A DNA stretch of 64,000 nt from Mytilus trossulus. Its lineage: Eukaryota. This document shows, in pieces, positions 40,001 to 55,000 of the stretch (the stretch's first letter is position 1; each line of letters begins with the position of its first letter). A program made the position numbers and the translations under genes. Location: positions 64,666,001-64,730,000 of the forward strand of contig NC_086382.1 of assembly GCF_036588685.1 (NCBI RefSeq), in the 5' to 3' direction. A model generated the notes under the pieces. That model was not told the DNA's origin, searched no databases, and worked only from the letters and a program-made list of their open reading frames with translations.

Positions 40001-43000
40001 AATTTTGCTACATAAATATGGGCTGTTTTTGACGATCTAATGCACATATATTTGATACTAACATGATTAACTCATGCTAAACTCTGAAATCTGCACAATT
40101 TTAGCATTTGAGTTACATTTTAAACGGTTTTCGTCCTAAATGAAAGTGTGGCATATTTGATAGATTTTTCATATTTAAGCTTGAATGAGAGCGTCTGAAA
40201 TTGCTAGAACATTTCAAATCTTTAACACAAACTAATTGAATTGACTGATTGAATCACTTAAGTGTTTAAAAAGTGTATACAATCTTTCATTAGATGAACC
40301 TAAAACTTGAGGCCTAAACAGGCCCTTACTGGACCTACTCCTTTCATTTCTTTGCCCTTCAAAATACGTGTAAACTAAAAATACAGGGTATGCATAATGC
40401 TAGACAATCAAATGAAATAAACCAAAATTGTATAGAACATGAGTAAAGGAAAATGTTTGAAATACATCAATGAGTAATCAGATTAAAAAATCTAGGTAAC
40501 TTTTCAGGTCAACATAATATACTCAAACTTTCAGTTAATGAATTTCATATCTTTTTCAGGGCTATTCAATGTACGAGGAAAGGACTTTGCGAATAAACCA
40601 TACTTTTATTCCTTTGTTTCTATAGATAAAAACTCTGTCAGGTGAATTTTACTGTATATTGGGTTTTAAGTTTTGGTAAGAGTTCTTTTGAAGGTTATCG
40701 ATAAGAGTCATGTAGAATTGATTCATGAAGGCCAATTTAACAGTATATTTTGCAATGTTATTTGAAGTACTAGTATATGGACACGATAAAAGTATACTGA
40801 CAATTATTATTAACAACTCAAATGTTGGAAACGAAAACTATGTTCAAAATTAATCTAGGTCAATACAAATATGAATTAAACTGGTTAGGACAACGTGTTT
40901 CACAAAACCACTCTTTTGAAATTCTCAAGGTTCTTGACTTCTTTAAGTCGTATGTCAGTATGTCAGAAATTGAGCATAACCATACACATGTAATTCATTA
41001 AAAGTGAAAGAAGGATATACACTATATAAATATATTCATAAAGGCATACACTTATCATAAAGGAAAACACATATTCTCCTGTACATTTACTGTGAAACAG
41101 TTTAATACTGAGACCAGAATCGTAAGTATTAGTTACTTAGTTACTTAAACACGTATACTATCTTATGCAATGCCTTCACTTCAGAGTCTGTTGCATTTAT
41201 ACATTACCGCTGTAAAAAATGTACCATTGATACTACTTTTGATATAGGTCTTATACATGCTATTGCATTTATGTGTTTTACAGCCTATACATCATTGACA
41301 GCAAATCTAAGCTAAATAAAGTCCCGACAGATCCAGAATCAAAACAAAAATTGAAAGATCATTTGAAGACAGGTGCAGATGGCAAATGTACCGGGGAATG
41401 TGTACAGGTATTTAAAAAGTAATTAAAAATGAAAAAAAAAATGGATACAAGTACGTACTCCATACAAATTGCTTGCATCAAAATCACTCCTTCAATATGG
41501 AAATATTTGATTTTATACGATGCAGTTAATATTTAACTTTTAGGATTTCTCATTTATCAAATACTTATTATAATAAAAATAAAGTAATTCGAAATAGATC
41601 AACATAAACTAATTATTCCACACAGGTTGTTTTATTTAAAAGCACATATTCATCATTAAGTTATTTGGCTTACTATGATGATGCAATTATCAAAAGTATG
41701 TTTTTGAGATGTTCTCATTTATTTTAAAGTATTTATTACAGTTTGAAACATGTCAGTATTTTAGGCATGCAAGTTGTTTGATTTTCGTAATAAATAGCAA
41801 GAGAGAGAAACGAGAGAATCTTCGAAGTTTTAGGAATGAAAGTTGTTAATTATTCTTAACAAGAGAGATAGATTAACGTCTGCTTAATTCCTAATTCTGT
41901 TTGGTCATTTTGTCGTTTTGTAACTATAATTATAGGTAATGGAATATGATCACAATCAGTTTGCCCTCAACATAGCTTCATTAGCAAAGAAGTCAACAGG
42001 AAGAATCTGGCTGTCCTATGATTGTAATTATAAACTGTACTCTGTAATTCCAAAAGTAAGTCCTTGAGAAAAATGTGGTTATTTGAAGAATAATTGATGG
42101 TTATGTAATGTCAAGTGGCAAAAACATCTGAAAGAATAAAAAGAAATTGTTTACAGACAAGATAAAAATGATTTATCAATTATGTTATGTAAGAAAGTAC
42201 ATTCTTTCCCGTATCAGTGTACTTCAAAAAATTGAGAAACACATTTTCAACAAAAAGTTTGTTAAACAAGGCTTGAGTAAGGACTCATCTTTTCATGGCG
42301 AAATGCTCGCTAAACTTTAAGAAAGTTTAATTTTCCCGTCCAATCTTGTACTACTTATTTATAGTTTCGTTATGAAATATTCATTTTCTAGGAGTTATTT
42401 ATAAATGTCAATTTCTGTCATTCTACCTAATAAATTACAACATGAAATTGAAATTTGAATTTAAGTAAAATGAACAAATTTGCTAGAACCCACAATTCAG
42501 TTTTGGGATGTCGCATTGCGGTGATTGAAAAAACAAATTTAAACGTTATGTTCTATTCTTGTTTTTGTAACTTAATATTTGCTTATTTTTGTATACTCTT
42601 GAATTGTCAAACCGAAACAAAACTGCGCTGATTCTTGAGACTTCCGTAGGTTTGTTGTCTGCGCGTTTGTCATACATAGATAATAGTGCGTTGGTAAACA
42701 ATAACCTTCATACATATTTGAAATATATGGCAATCAATATATTTGTCTATATTGTATACTAATCTATCTAGACATTTCCTAAGAAAGAAGTTATAAAAGT
42801 GGGCTTAGAAGAAAAAATGCTAAATTGTCTGACATCTTTTTCATAATCCAATTTCAACGACTTTGTGTCAATTTCATTATTTTTACACAATATTCAGATT
42901 GTGTTCCAACATGTTAAAAAGTATATTAACATTACAAGAGAAATTCAATAAGTGTAAGTCCATAAAAGCTGACAGACCAAACGTTGTCAATCGACACAAC

Positions 43001-46000
43001 AAGTGAATAACGGACATATTCCTGACCAAACGTATTTATATGTGACATACCGTACTAATAATTGTATTTTATACCGACAAAGTATTTGAATTCGATGCGA
43101 CTGTCATACAAGTGAGAGGTTTAGTTAGCTATAAAACCAGGTTCAAACCCCCTTTTCTACATAAGAAAATGCCTGTACTAAGTCAGGAATATGACATTTA
43201 TTTTCCTCGTTTGATATGTTTGAGCTTTTGATTTCGCCATTGATAAGGGACTATTCTTTTGAATTTTCCTCGGAGTTCAGTAGTTTTCTTATTTTTCATT
43301 TTGACGAAGTGTATGAATAATATACTAATATAGTAATAAGTTGTGGTTTGCCGATAGAGCATCAATTCGACAGACAACTGTTTCAATTTTAATTATTCTG
43401 AGTATGTCAGAGTATAATAGTTATCAAAGAGCATAGCATTTTGTTCGTAGCTGTTATATCATAACAAACACGAAGTTGTGTTATTTAGTTCGACTTTGAA
43501 ATATTTGTGTTATCCATTTTTTTTAGGAAAAAGTGTACCAAGCAATTCCACCTACATTGTATTTAAAAGCTAGAAAGAATTTTATTGAAAGGAACGGAAT
43601 GAGAAATTCAAATGTAAGTGGACAATGATTATACTGATTAGAAATTAAAAAAAAAAAAGAATTTTGGAATTATGTCTTTACAAAAGCAAGATTTTATATG
43701 ACTCAAAACAATTCCCTGTATGTAAAACATGCTCTGTTTAATGAGATAATGTAATTGATCTTACAAAATATCATTGGGAATAGCGATGTAAAGCGTACAT
43801 TTTGTTTGTTTGATATAACTGCAAAAAGAAGAATATGTTTAGAATATTTGTTAAGGGTCCTTACCAAATGAAGATTCCACCTCATCACAATATCTTCATT
43901 GGAAAATTGTACAGAAAATGTAACTTTCTATTTTCAGCTTTTGGATTCGGTTGTTATAGTTGAATTTTTTGCAAGACTTGAAAAAGAGGTAAAATTACAT
44001 AATATTAAATTAAAATTGTGGTAGTCATTTGTGCAATCAGTTAACTGGTAATAAATGTGAAATAATACGTGATAGAAACGTTAATCTACTAACCCACAAA
44101 GGACTTATAAATGCGCTTCAATTACTATTAAAGTAATTCAATCAGGCAGACGAATAAACACTTAAATGTTATATTTAATCATAGATGATCTCACAGAAAA
44201 CAATGCAGCTATAAAGAAATGGCTAAATTAATTAATTCAGAGCATCATCAAACACATATCCGATATCTTTGTCATTCTTTTAAATAAAATCATAAATAAG
44301 GCACATCCTTTTATTTCTTATACATAGTAGTAAAATCGAGATTTAAACAATCATTTGTACTATACTTTTTAAAATTCAAATTATTCTAACATAAGTATTC
44401 TTTCAACAAACTTTATGTAAACAAAATCATCGATTGTTTTTAAAACTACGGCTGTCAGCAGTCACAGATTCGTCAATATTTTGTGAAAATGTTTGAATAA
44501 TTCATACAATTTGTTCTCGGTACCTTTTTCCTTAAATTTGATTCTTTTTTGTTCAAAATTTTATACGAAAAGATAACTTCATACAATCAGTAGATTAGAA
44601 ACTACTGTAGCAACAACATTATGTAAGGCATAAGGGACACTATAGGACGTAAAATGAAAAGAAAAACAAACCCAACACATAAAACACTCTAAGAAATAAA
44701 AAATTCACTGTGCCGTTTGTTTTCAATTTTCAATTTTTATGTAATAATTAATAAAGATCGATGCAAAAGTCGTAACATAAAGGCAGCACTGTTAAACGCA
44801 ACAGGTATAAGCTTGACAGACTATCTTAGTGCACCATTGACATAGTGTTCCATTTGGAAGTACATGCTTACTTCTTCCAATTCAAGTTTATACTTTTTTT
44901 GAACCACGCCAGATTTGTGCTAAAAGTCTTTCATTAGGATCTAATATAAAAAGAAGACGTGGTATGATTGCCAATGAGACAACTATCCACAAATTTAAAG
45001 ACCAAAATGACACAAACATTAACAACTATAGGTCACCGTACGGCCTTCAACAATGAGCAAAGCCCATACCACATAGTCATCTATAAAAGACCCCGATAAG
45101 ACAATGTAAAACAATTCAAACGAGAAAACTAACGGCCTTATTTATGTAAAAAAATGAACGAAAAACAAATATGTTACACATAAACAAACGAGAACCACTG
45201 AATTACATGCTCCTGACTTGGGACAGGCACATACATAAGTAGTGTGGCGGGGTTAAACATATTAGCGGGATTCCAATACTCCCCCTAACCTGGGACAGTG
45301 GCATAACAGTACAAGATAAGAACGAACTATAAAAATCAGTTGAAAAAGGCTTAACTCATCAGATAGACAAAACATACAAGTGGACGTGGCCGGGTACTTA
45401 TACTTTTACTGTTGAATAGTTTTATGTGATATCAGTTTGACGTGGCTCGGTACTTATACATCTCGTCAATGTGTTTGTATTGGCTTTCATTTTTTTGTGG
45501 TTTGTTTTGTATATGCGACTTTTTGTATTTCTTTTGTTCTTATTACATGACTCTGTAATTTAAAAAGATCCCGTCAGTATTATATTGGTCTATTATATGT
45601 CATTATGATATATTTCTATTATGAATTACTATATACGTTGAACCACAAACGTCAAAATCATTCAATCGCGCAGTGGTATTAAAACTTTTTGGATTCTCAT
45701 AAATTCTACCTATAACTTTTGGACTAGTTTGAATATCGGTCTATTTCTGTAATTTATTCTTACATACTTTTGACTTTTTAACCCTGTATGCTGACATTGC
45801 CTATGTAAATTTTAAAACTGTTTGTATGCACATTGAACGACAAATTTATGTGACGTATAAAATTTTCTGACGTCAGACACTCAAATCAATTAATGTGTTC
45901 GTAGATAGAAGATGTTTTTGTGTTCGGTTAAATTGTCCCCTTTTAAAATTGTTATACGATGATGACTGATGTACCCATATTTTGACTATTTTATTAATTG

Positions 46001-49000
46001 TTACTGTTTATTTGACGCATCATGTAAATATAACGGAATTTGATGAGACTGTTATTAAAGTGAGAGGGTTAGCGCTATAGAACCAGGTTTAATCCACAGT
46101 TTTATACATTTGAAAATGCCTGTACCAAGTCAGAAATATGACAGTTCTTGTCCATTCGTTTTTGATGCATTTTGTTATTTGATTTTGCCATGTATTACGG
46201 ACTTTCCTAATTGATTTTCCTCTGAGTAAAGTATTTTTGTGACTTTACTTTTTATTCATCCCGACACAAAAAGACATAATGAACAGATCTGAGAGTACTA
46301 GCATGCTATTGTTTCCATATAGAATTCAGTTCTGATACTTTTTAAAACAGTATTTTTACATGCCGAATTGGTTGAATTTTTTATAAAGATTTTTATTCGA
46401 AAGCATCATTATGAAACATTTACATTTTCTTGAGTAGACCATTAAAATATAAACAAGATCAAATACTTAGCTGAGCATATTTGACGCTCATTTTAATTTA
46501 CCATTTTCAAATATAATATTTATTGGAGAAAAAGCTCCATACCCCAGAACCATAAAAGAGGGACGAAAGATACCGAGGGGACAGTCAAACTCATAAATCT
46601 AAAATAAACTGACAACACTATGGCTTAAAATGAAAAGACAAACAGATAAACAATAGTACACCTGCCACAACATAAAACACTAAAGAATAAACAACACGAA
46701 CCCAACCACAAAGTAGGGGTGATCTCAGGTGCTCTGGAAGGGTAAGCAGATCCTGCTCCACATATAGCACCGTTTGTTGCTTATGTGATAACAATTCCGG
46801 TAAATAGTCTAATTCGGTAGGTCACATTCATGAAAGGGAAGGGGATTGTAGTTACGACGTAAGGAACATATCCGATATCATTTGTGAAACGGTTATTCCG
46901 TAACGGTTAACCAACTCATGATGGCGTCCGTAAAATTAACGAAGGGATGATTACAACTTTACCATTTGGAACTCTTGGTTTAATAGCTTCCTTGTGAGCA
47001 GCAACCCTCTATCAAGAAAATCATGATAGGAAATGCAAGCACTGCAATATTGTATCAATTGGGAGATATTTATCCAGTATGCTGGTTTTGCTGGAATAAT
47101 TTACGATCGATCAAACGTGACTATCGAACATTTCACATTTAATTGTGTTGATACAAAAAAAAAATGTCGAGCACATAAAAGAGCGATGTTAGAACTTTAT
47201 TGCCCTGAAATGCTTTTTGCTTTCTATTTTATAATTCAAATGAAAATACTTCCCAAATAGATATAAGAGAATGTTTTACTAGGTTGTCATGACGGAATAA
47301 AACTATATCTTGTTCACCTCGATGTTACATTTTGAACACTTTCATGCAGTTTGTCACGAAGCATCTGTGTTGCTGCTTGATTTGTCTACTAATGGAAGCT
47401 ATTGAAATAAAATACAAATTATTGTCGCTGTCGTTTATTGTAATTTTTCTCAAAATTACGGCATTGAACAATAGAAAAAACAGAGGGATAAAAGATATCC
47501 GCCTTGTTTTCCTCCATTGACATTTTAAAAGTCTTCAGAAAATACTTCAGATTTCACGCGAAGGCGGACTGCCTTATAATTTGTTTTTATCATATTTATC
47601 GCTTTGTTTCTTGTTCAAGATTCTTCTCTCTACATCTAACTATTGTAATGGGAAATTTTTCTTTTCTTGTTCTGTCTTAGTTTATTTTACAAAAACACAT
47701 GTTTGGTACGAAATACAATATAGCAGTTAAATGAAACTGAAAAGATAATTTATTATACTAATCGAATAACTCACAAAAGAAAAATAAAGTGTGGAGTACT
47801 TTGTCAAAATTATCCTGGTACCTTTGATAACTGTTTTTAAAAATGTCCATCTCTCATGTATATAACGGTGTCATTTTCTCCATATCTGTGTAAAAAGTAA
47901 AATGCAAAAGTATCGAATTCTCATAGAAATTACGATCGGAAAATCCCATTTCAAATGGGAAAATCCAAATCTCAAAGCAAATCAAACGAAGTGAGAACAT
48001 CTGACGTGTATGGTATTACTGGATTTCCTACCATGATCTTTAGAATAACAAATGGAGGCGGCAAAAAAACGTTCATTGTTGCTTGAATTTTGAGATATAA
48101 AATCAACGACTTAACATTTCAAAATGATTATGCCTTGGTATTACATAAAGAAATATGTAATAATTGTTTATATGCCAAAAAAGTCTCATTATCAAAATTA
48201 CAAAATCATTTTAACATGTTGAATTACTTTTGAATTTGTTTTTTAGTTCAATATGAACATATCATTTGACATATTTAGTGCAATCATAATAAAATTACAA
48301 GAATATGACATTTTATTTACGATATCTGTCATAATTCATACTATCGTATGCAATGTGAACGTTCCTTTTGTTTTAACAGATATTAGAAGGTATTCCCTGG
48401 ACAGTTCATCAAGCTGCAGAAGAAGCTATTAAAGTGAGAAGGTTAGTTGCATTGTGATAAGTCATCAATTATCCAAACTGAGAAATGTATTTCACTCTAT
48501 ATAGCGCTGATTCCTTTTCCGGGTTTAGCATGACTTCAGTTCTTCTTGGTTTTATAAGCTCATTACAGTTTGCATGTATATTTCAAATATATCGCCTCGA
48601 TCATCTCAGAGGAGAAATTTATTATCTTAATGCGCATATGGTGCAATGATATTGGTACTGTTAAATTTGACTTATGAATCACTTGATTGAAACGCCAAAG
48701 AGGTTAACTTATTTTTAGAAGTCTTTGTTTTTATAATCGTTTTCCTTCTTGAGCTCCATTTTTTGAATTTCCAAATTGAAACCACATATTAAGTTACAAC
48801 TTGGGTATTTCCTTCAAAATTTTGTGTTTGAAATACCGACTCAACGATATTTCAAATTAACTTTTAAGACCAGAGATACTAACAAGCATGACAGCTACTA
48901 GTATACAACAATGATTTTAAAATGCAAAGTACATAGACGGTATGAAAAAGATAAGGAGGACTAATATATAACAGTAATAAAATATTATGAGGTTTTAAAA

Positions 49001-52000
49001 ATGTTTTGAATAATACAGCAGGTCATTAAAAGTCATAAATTCACAGTCAAGGTAGTAATGGCATATTAATCCAGTATAATGCATCATTGTCGGGTGAACA
49101 AGTCCAGGAATTTGTTTTTGTTATAAAGGGTAATTTTTTTAATTTTTTATAGATAAAAGTAGTCATGGTACATTTTAGTGTCTTCAAATATTTTTCTAAA
49201 GATGTCAAAAATGTTAAAAAAGCTCGAATGTTAATCCTTTTAGTCATTTGAACAAAATTATGATTGTAGTCGATCACTGAGTCTATACAGAGACCAAAGT
49301 TTCAACACTTTATCTGGAAGCGGACACAGAGGTGCCGACTTTCGTTATCATCCTTCCGCGGAAACAGATCATGATATAACAACAACAGAAATATTCAATC
49401 AAGATAGTGGCGGACAGTATCTGTGAGTGTTGTTTTCTACAGGCTTTTAATTTTTTGCAATTAAAGTAATACAAAAATAGGATACCTTTTGTCTTTATTT
49501 GACATATGTATTCTTTCAATTGAAAATATGAATTCATAATCATTAAAATTCATGAATATCACACCACCTTACTCGATGCTTATCCACAGGAACGCTTGAA
49601 AACCAAATACAAGAAGAATGTTGAAAATATAAGTAACTTAAATATAACACACGCAGAAGAACCAAACACTGTAATGAAGAAGTCCCGTTGGATTTATTGT
49701 CAGTACGGGATTATACTATGAAGCCATGTCGAATCGAAATGGATCATTTAAATCGGATGTTCCATACGGAGTGTAAAGCAATAACATGGCTTTAATCATT
49801 ATCCCCAGATGCATTCTTGTTAATAAGTTTTTATCGTCATTACTTCTTCATTGTTGCATTTTCCGTAGAAATAATTTTGCACGAAACTTAGTTTCTTTGA
49901 ATATATATCATCAATCATTTAAAGTTGGTCATTTTCAAAAGTCTTTATGAAACCTGTTAATTGACTGCGTGGCAGAATCTACCCAACAGCTGTTGGAATC
50001 TTAGCTTCACTCTTGTGACAGTTTTTGGCAAGGCCTTCCAAATTAATTTCCATCTTTTGTTTCTCCTTGTTACAGTTATTTTATACAAATATTAAGGATG
50101 AATATGGTATTTTAATTATTTGTTTATTTACTCTTAACCCGAACGCATAGTTCGTTACATTTTTCTTCAATAATACATAACAGAATGACTTTATATTTGT
50201 TGAATAGCTTGACCATGAAGAGTTGTGATGTGCAATCTGGCATACCTATTTGTTTTGTAGATTCTTTGTTTTAATATGTTAGATGGACTTATATATTTCG
50301 TAATAAATTTTACATGAACAATTTAACAAAAAGACTTCAGACTAGACTAGCAGATACACATCGACAAAATGCAATTTGTGAGCATTTTCCTGATTTGTCA
50401 AATACTTACCTAGCTGTACTTAGTCATGCTATATCGACTAGGTTTAGTTACATATACTTTCTTTGTTAGTCTTTGTTTCACTGACAAATAAGGGAGGGGG
50501 TTGATTGTTGGTTCTCTGTTGTACTGAAAGTCTAGTTTACCATTGTTTCTGTATTTCTGTATATTTTGTATTTTAACATATCTACCGATTATCTAATGAT
50601 ATTAAAAATGTATTTGTGTATTATTTTAGAGATGGAACAAGTGATTTAACAAGGACCTTTCACTACGGGAATGCTACTGAACACGAAAAGGTATTTACTT
50701 AAAAGACGCAAACTAGAAAGTCATTAAAAAGTATTTGACAGCATAAAAAAGATTTTTGCATACAAAATATGTCAATGATTGGATAATCATATAATAATTG
50801 TTCATTTGAGAATACATGCATCATTCAGAATATATGCTATGAAACTAATATACTTTTTTTCATTTTTAGGAAATGTATACAAGGGTTCTGATGGCTCATA
50901 TCAACCTATCAAACTTGAAATTTCCGGTAGGACAAACAGGTAACTACTTGCTTATGTAATCACCCAACATAATCATCTCTTAATCCTTTTAAGATGAATA
51001 TTTTTCATCAATAGAATGTTATGAAGCTAAGTTTATTGAAAACATCCTAATTGAAATAATAAAACAAAAGTAAAGCGATTAGTTGAAGTAGTGCAATTTT
51101 GAAATACACATAAGATAACAAGGTAAAGGCGGACTACAGTTTGAATTGCAATTAATTAATTGAATGAAGGACTATTGTATCTGAAGTTAATTATGAAAAA
51201 TTTGAAATTTTGAAAAATTGTAATGAGTGACTTTCATTTATGTGATAGTTTGAGACGGAGTAATCTCTTCAATCTCTCATGACAACTGAAATACTGTTAT
51301 GCAACATTTATTGTTTGTCTAAGACATAGTTCAAAATCAAATTACAGATAAATGCAGAAAAAGCAGAATGACTTTGTCAGAAACTGTTGTTTCTCATATA
51401 CGTTGGATCATTTTCAATAACGCACATCAGTTTCCATTTTGGTTTTCAGTTCTTTAATTTACGGATTTCTGCCTAAAGTCACGTCAAATGTCGACCACTC
51501 ATTCTTGAGAGTTTTGAAAAAGTTGTGAATTAGTATCTCATGTGAATGTTATAAAGTTTAATACTATTAACTCCTTTCTCTGAAACACTTTATTTCTTAG
51601 TTGCTTCTTTTATTCCTACAGAGCGAAATTTAATGGCGACTGATAGCATTTGCTAAAAGGTATTGTAACATTTTCACATAAATCTAAGCATTATAGTGAC
51701 TTGCTATACAACCTTGATATATTGTTATTTTAGGGAGAGCAATTGACGCGGTATCACGTGAACCCCTGTGGGAAGTAGGCGTTGACTATATGCATGAAAC
51801 AGGTCATGGTATATCTCATAATGGAGCTGTAGTAGAAGGTAGCCAATTATTATGAATGTTTGTTTTTTTAAATAGTGTTGATTAATAATAGTTATCATAT
51901 GGAGATATTATAAATTAGGAGTGGAACAATAATTCTTGTGTATGAAGTCTGAAAACTAATTCGATCACTTGTTTGATACACACCAAAAAATGCGAATATT

Positions 52001-55000
52001 AATTGAAATATGAAATAGAAAAATCCATTGTTCACATTTGATTTGTCATTAATATAAAGAAATTAAAATAAATGCTGTATCTTATCATGTTTTTCTACTG
52101 GCTTATCTATTATCGGATAAATATTTTGTATTTTTTGTAAACCTCTGCTCGCTTTGTTGTTGTGATTCAAAAAAGCCAAAACCAAATCGATGTGACGAGT
52201 ACGCATTTAATTAATTGTGCTATTTGAAATTAATTTACCTTAATTGATTTTGTTTATTTCCGAATATTGATGTGGTCATTGATTCTCAAAATTTTAGTTC
52301 CTTAACTGTGGTTCTTTTAAGTAAAGTCGACCTAAGACGGTGCGTGTATTGCGTCAACAGCTTGTTTGCTTTTCTATTTGGCCTCTCACAGTTTTTGGTG
52401 TTGAAAACATGATGACTTTGGTTTGAACTAAAACTGGAACACGATTTATGTGCTACTACTTCATATGGTACCACCATTTCGTATTGTATCACAACATCGT
52501 ATTGTAATTGTATTGTATCGTATGTACAACCGTATCGTATTGTACTTGTGACGTATCTTATTGTACTTATTTTAAACTTCCTACTGTAATCTGTAGTGTT
52601 GTTGAAGTTTCCTCAGTATCCAAAAGCAATTGTAGATACACTGTTTGATATAAGAATACACATTTTTTTCAAACGTTATTTCATAATTTGTTATAAAAAC
52701 GAGCTTTTACTCCCTAACTGAATGTTGTGTGTACAGTTATGTTTTATCGAGTGTTTCGTGACCAGCGAAGTAAACAAAAATTAACATACATGTATGCATA
52801 TTTGTACATTATTTGCTGACCATAATACAAAGAATGAGTTAAAAGTTATATTAATTGTTCAAAGATTGATGAAAAAACACAACAAACAACATTGATTTAT
52901 TCTTGTAAAATATGAGTACGAAATAAATATAGAATTAAGAAGAGTTGAACAAATTATCTATATTATTGAAGCAGTAATAGGCCTACACATAGAATTTTTT
53001 TGTTTGATGAATGACAAATATCAATCATAAACGTATCAAATTCTAGCAGTTTTCCAAATAATCATCCACTTTCTACGACGTATAATTCCCTATAAAGATG
53101 GTAAAAATGTAACTTGTCTTTTTAATACAGATAATAACTATTAATATAAAAAATTGTTAACCGAATTATTTTTCAAAAGATTGTAGACATTTTATTTCAA
53201 ATTAGTTTCTGAAGAAATATTTCGTATTTCAATAACATTTCAGTTAATTAGACAGTTTATCTCGATTTAAACACAAAAAGAACACAGTTGAAAGGAAATA
53301 TGATAGAAAATGAGACAAAGTACATATAAATAAAGTTTTAAATCAGTAGAGTGGAGGAGAATACCACAGGGATAGTCAACTCATAAGTCGACAACATACT
53401 GATATTACTTATATAAAAAAAACCACATGAACAACGTTGATATTGTAATGATAGTACTAGTTACATAATGTGTTTGTGACCTTATACGATGTATAAGGGG
53501 TAAATATCGTATTAAGTCACAAGCACACTATTTTACGAATTTATCTTATCGACTATCTTTATTTGTTGAATTTAGACTATAGTTGTTTCATTTTCAACCA
53601 TACCACATCTTCTTATTTTTATATTAAAGTGTTAAAGTGTTCAATTTTAATACCTTTTTCCATTGGTCTGCACAGAACTAATGTCAACAATAACAACATA
53701 ATATATCAACCTTGATATAACAATATCAAACCGAACTTTCAATACATTTAAATAATCAAACAGTGCTCAAATAACTCCATTTCTTACTGTGCATTGAACT
53801 ACGCCCAGCCTCCCTACTAACCTAATATAGAATATGCACGGTCTCCACGCGGACGCTTTTCACCAATTGTATTCTGGAAATGTAAAGGAAGTAAATCAAT
53901 GTACGAAGCCAAAATGGACAGTTTACAAATGAAATTTTCATATGCATTTTGTAATCAACAGATTTATGTAGAAAGATCTTTAAAAACTCAAAATGTTTTT
54001 TTTTCTATTTCATATTTTTCTATTTTTTTTACAAGGACCAGCATCGATTTCATGTATTGAAGAAACCCACATGAGCGATGTTAAATTGGATGCAAGTTTG
54101 TTTGGAGGAGGTATACTTTTTGATATGCAATGCATTTATTGCAAATGATACTTCCCAAAATTTATTATAAAATAAAACTACTTTTTCGAAGCATGTACAT
54201 CTTTGACCCTTTTGTGTTTTAGTCCTCTCAAATATTTAACATTTTGTTTACAAGTCAACTTATTTGTCCCGAACGTATCTTTACTAGAAAATTCTGTCGT
54301 GGGCACGGTTAGCGATGCCACACGTATTCTATTTACTCTTATTCGAAATATTTTCAGGGTCTATTATAAATTTAAATTGTAGATGACAATCAATTAGAAC
54401 GTGTACCAGACAATGCTGACTATCCCATAAACGAACACATGTGCTTTACTACAGGTAATGATATATGTCTTTAACAACTTTCTTTACAGAGTATCGTGCA
54501 TACTTTGTGTGTTTTATCTCTGCTTCATTCCAGTCATAAGTAGAGTTGTAAATGGGTTTAACCATTTTACGGAAAACGAACTATGCTCGTTTCACTCATG
54601 GATATATAGATTCAAAAAATTAAGCAAACTGAATATGAAAAGTGAAGTAGAAAAATGACATTTAATTTAAGAGTTCCCATATTCATCCATTTCTTCAAAT
54701 TCAAAATGCATTAGTGGAAGAGAAACAAGACCGCATTATACAAAGAAAAACGGCGAAAACAAAAACAGCAGTCTTCAATACACAACAGAAAATCCTAAGA
54801 TTGAGCAAGACGAAATCCAGCAATAATTCTGTGATGATCTCTTGTAAGTCCTCTGTAAATGAGTATATTGGAATGTCTTTTTAGAAGAAAGAAAAAATCA
54901 TATTTTGTAATACAACAAACATATTTATTCACTGTTAATAATGTTAACAGATTATACTGCAATTTGTGAATTTTAGATTAGGAGTTAACAAAGCATGTGT

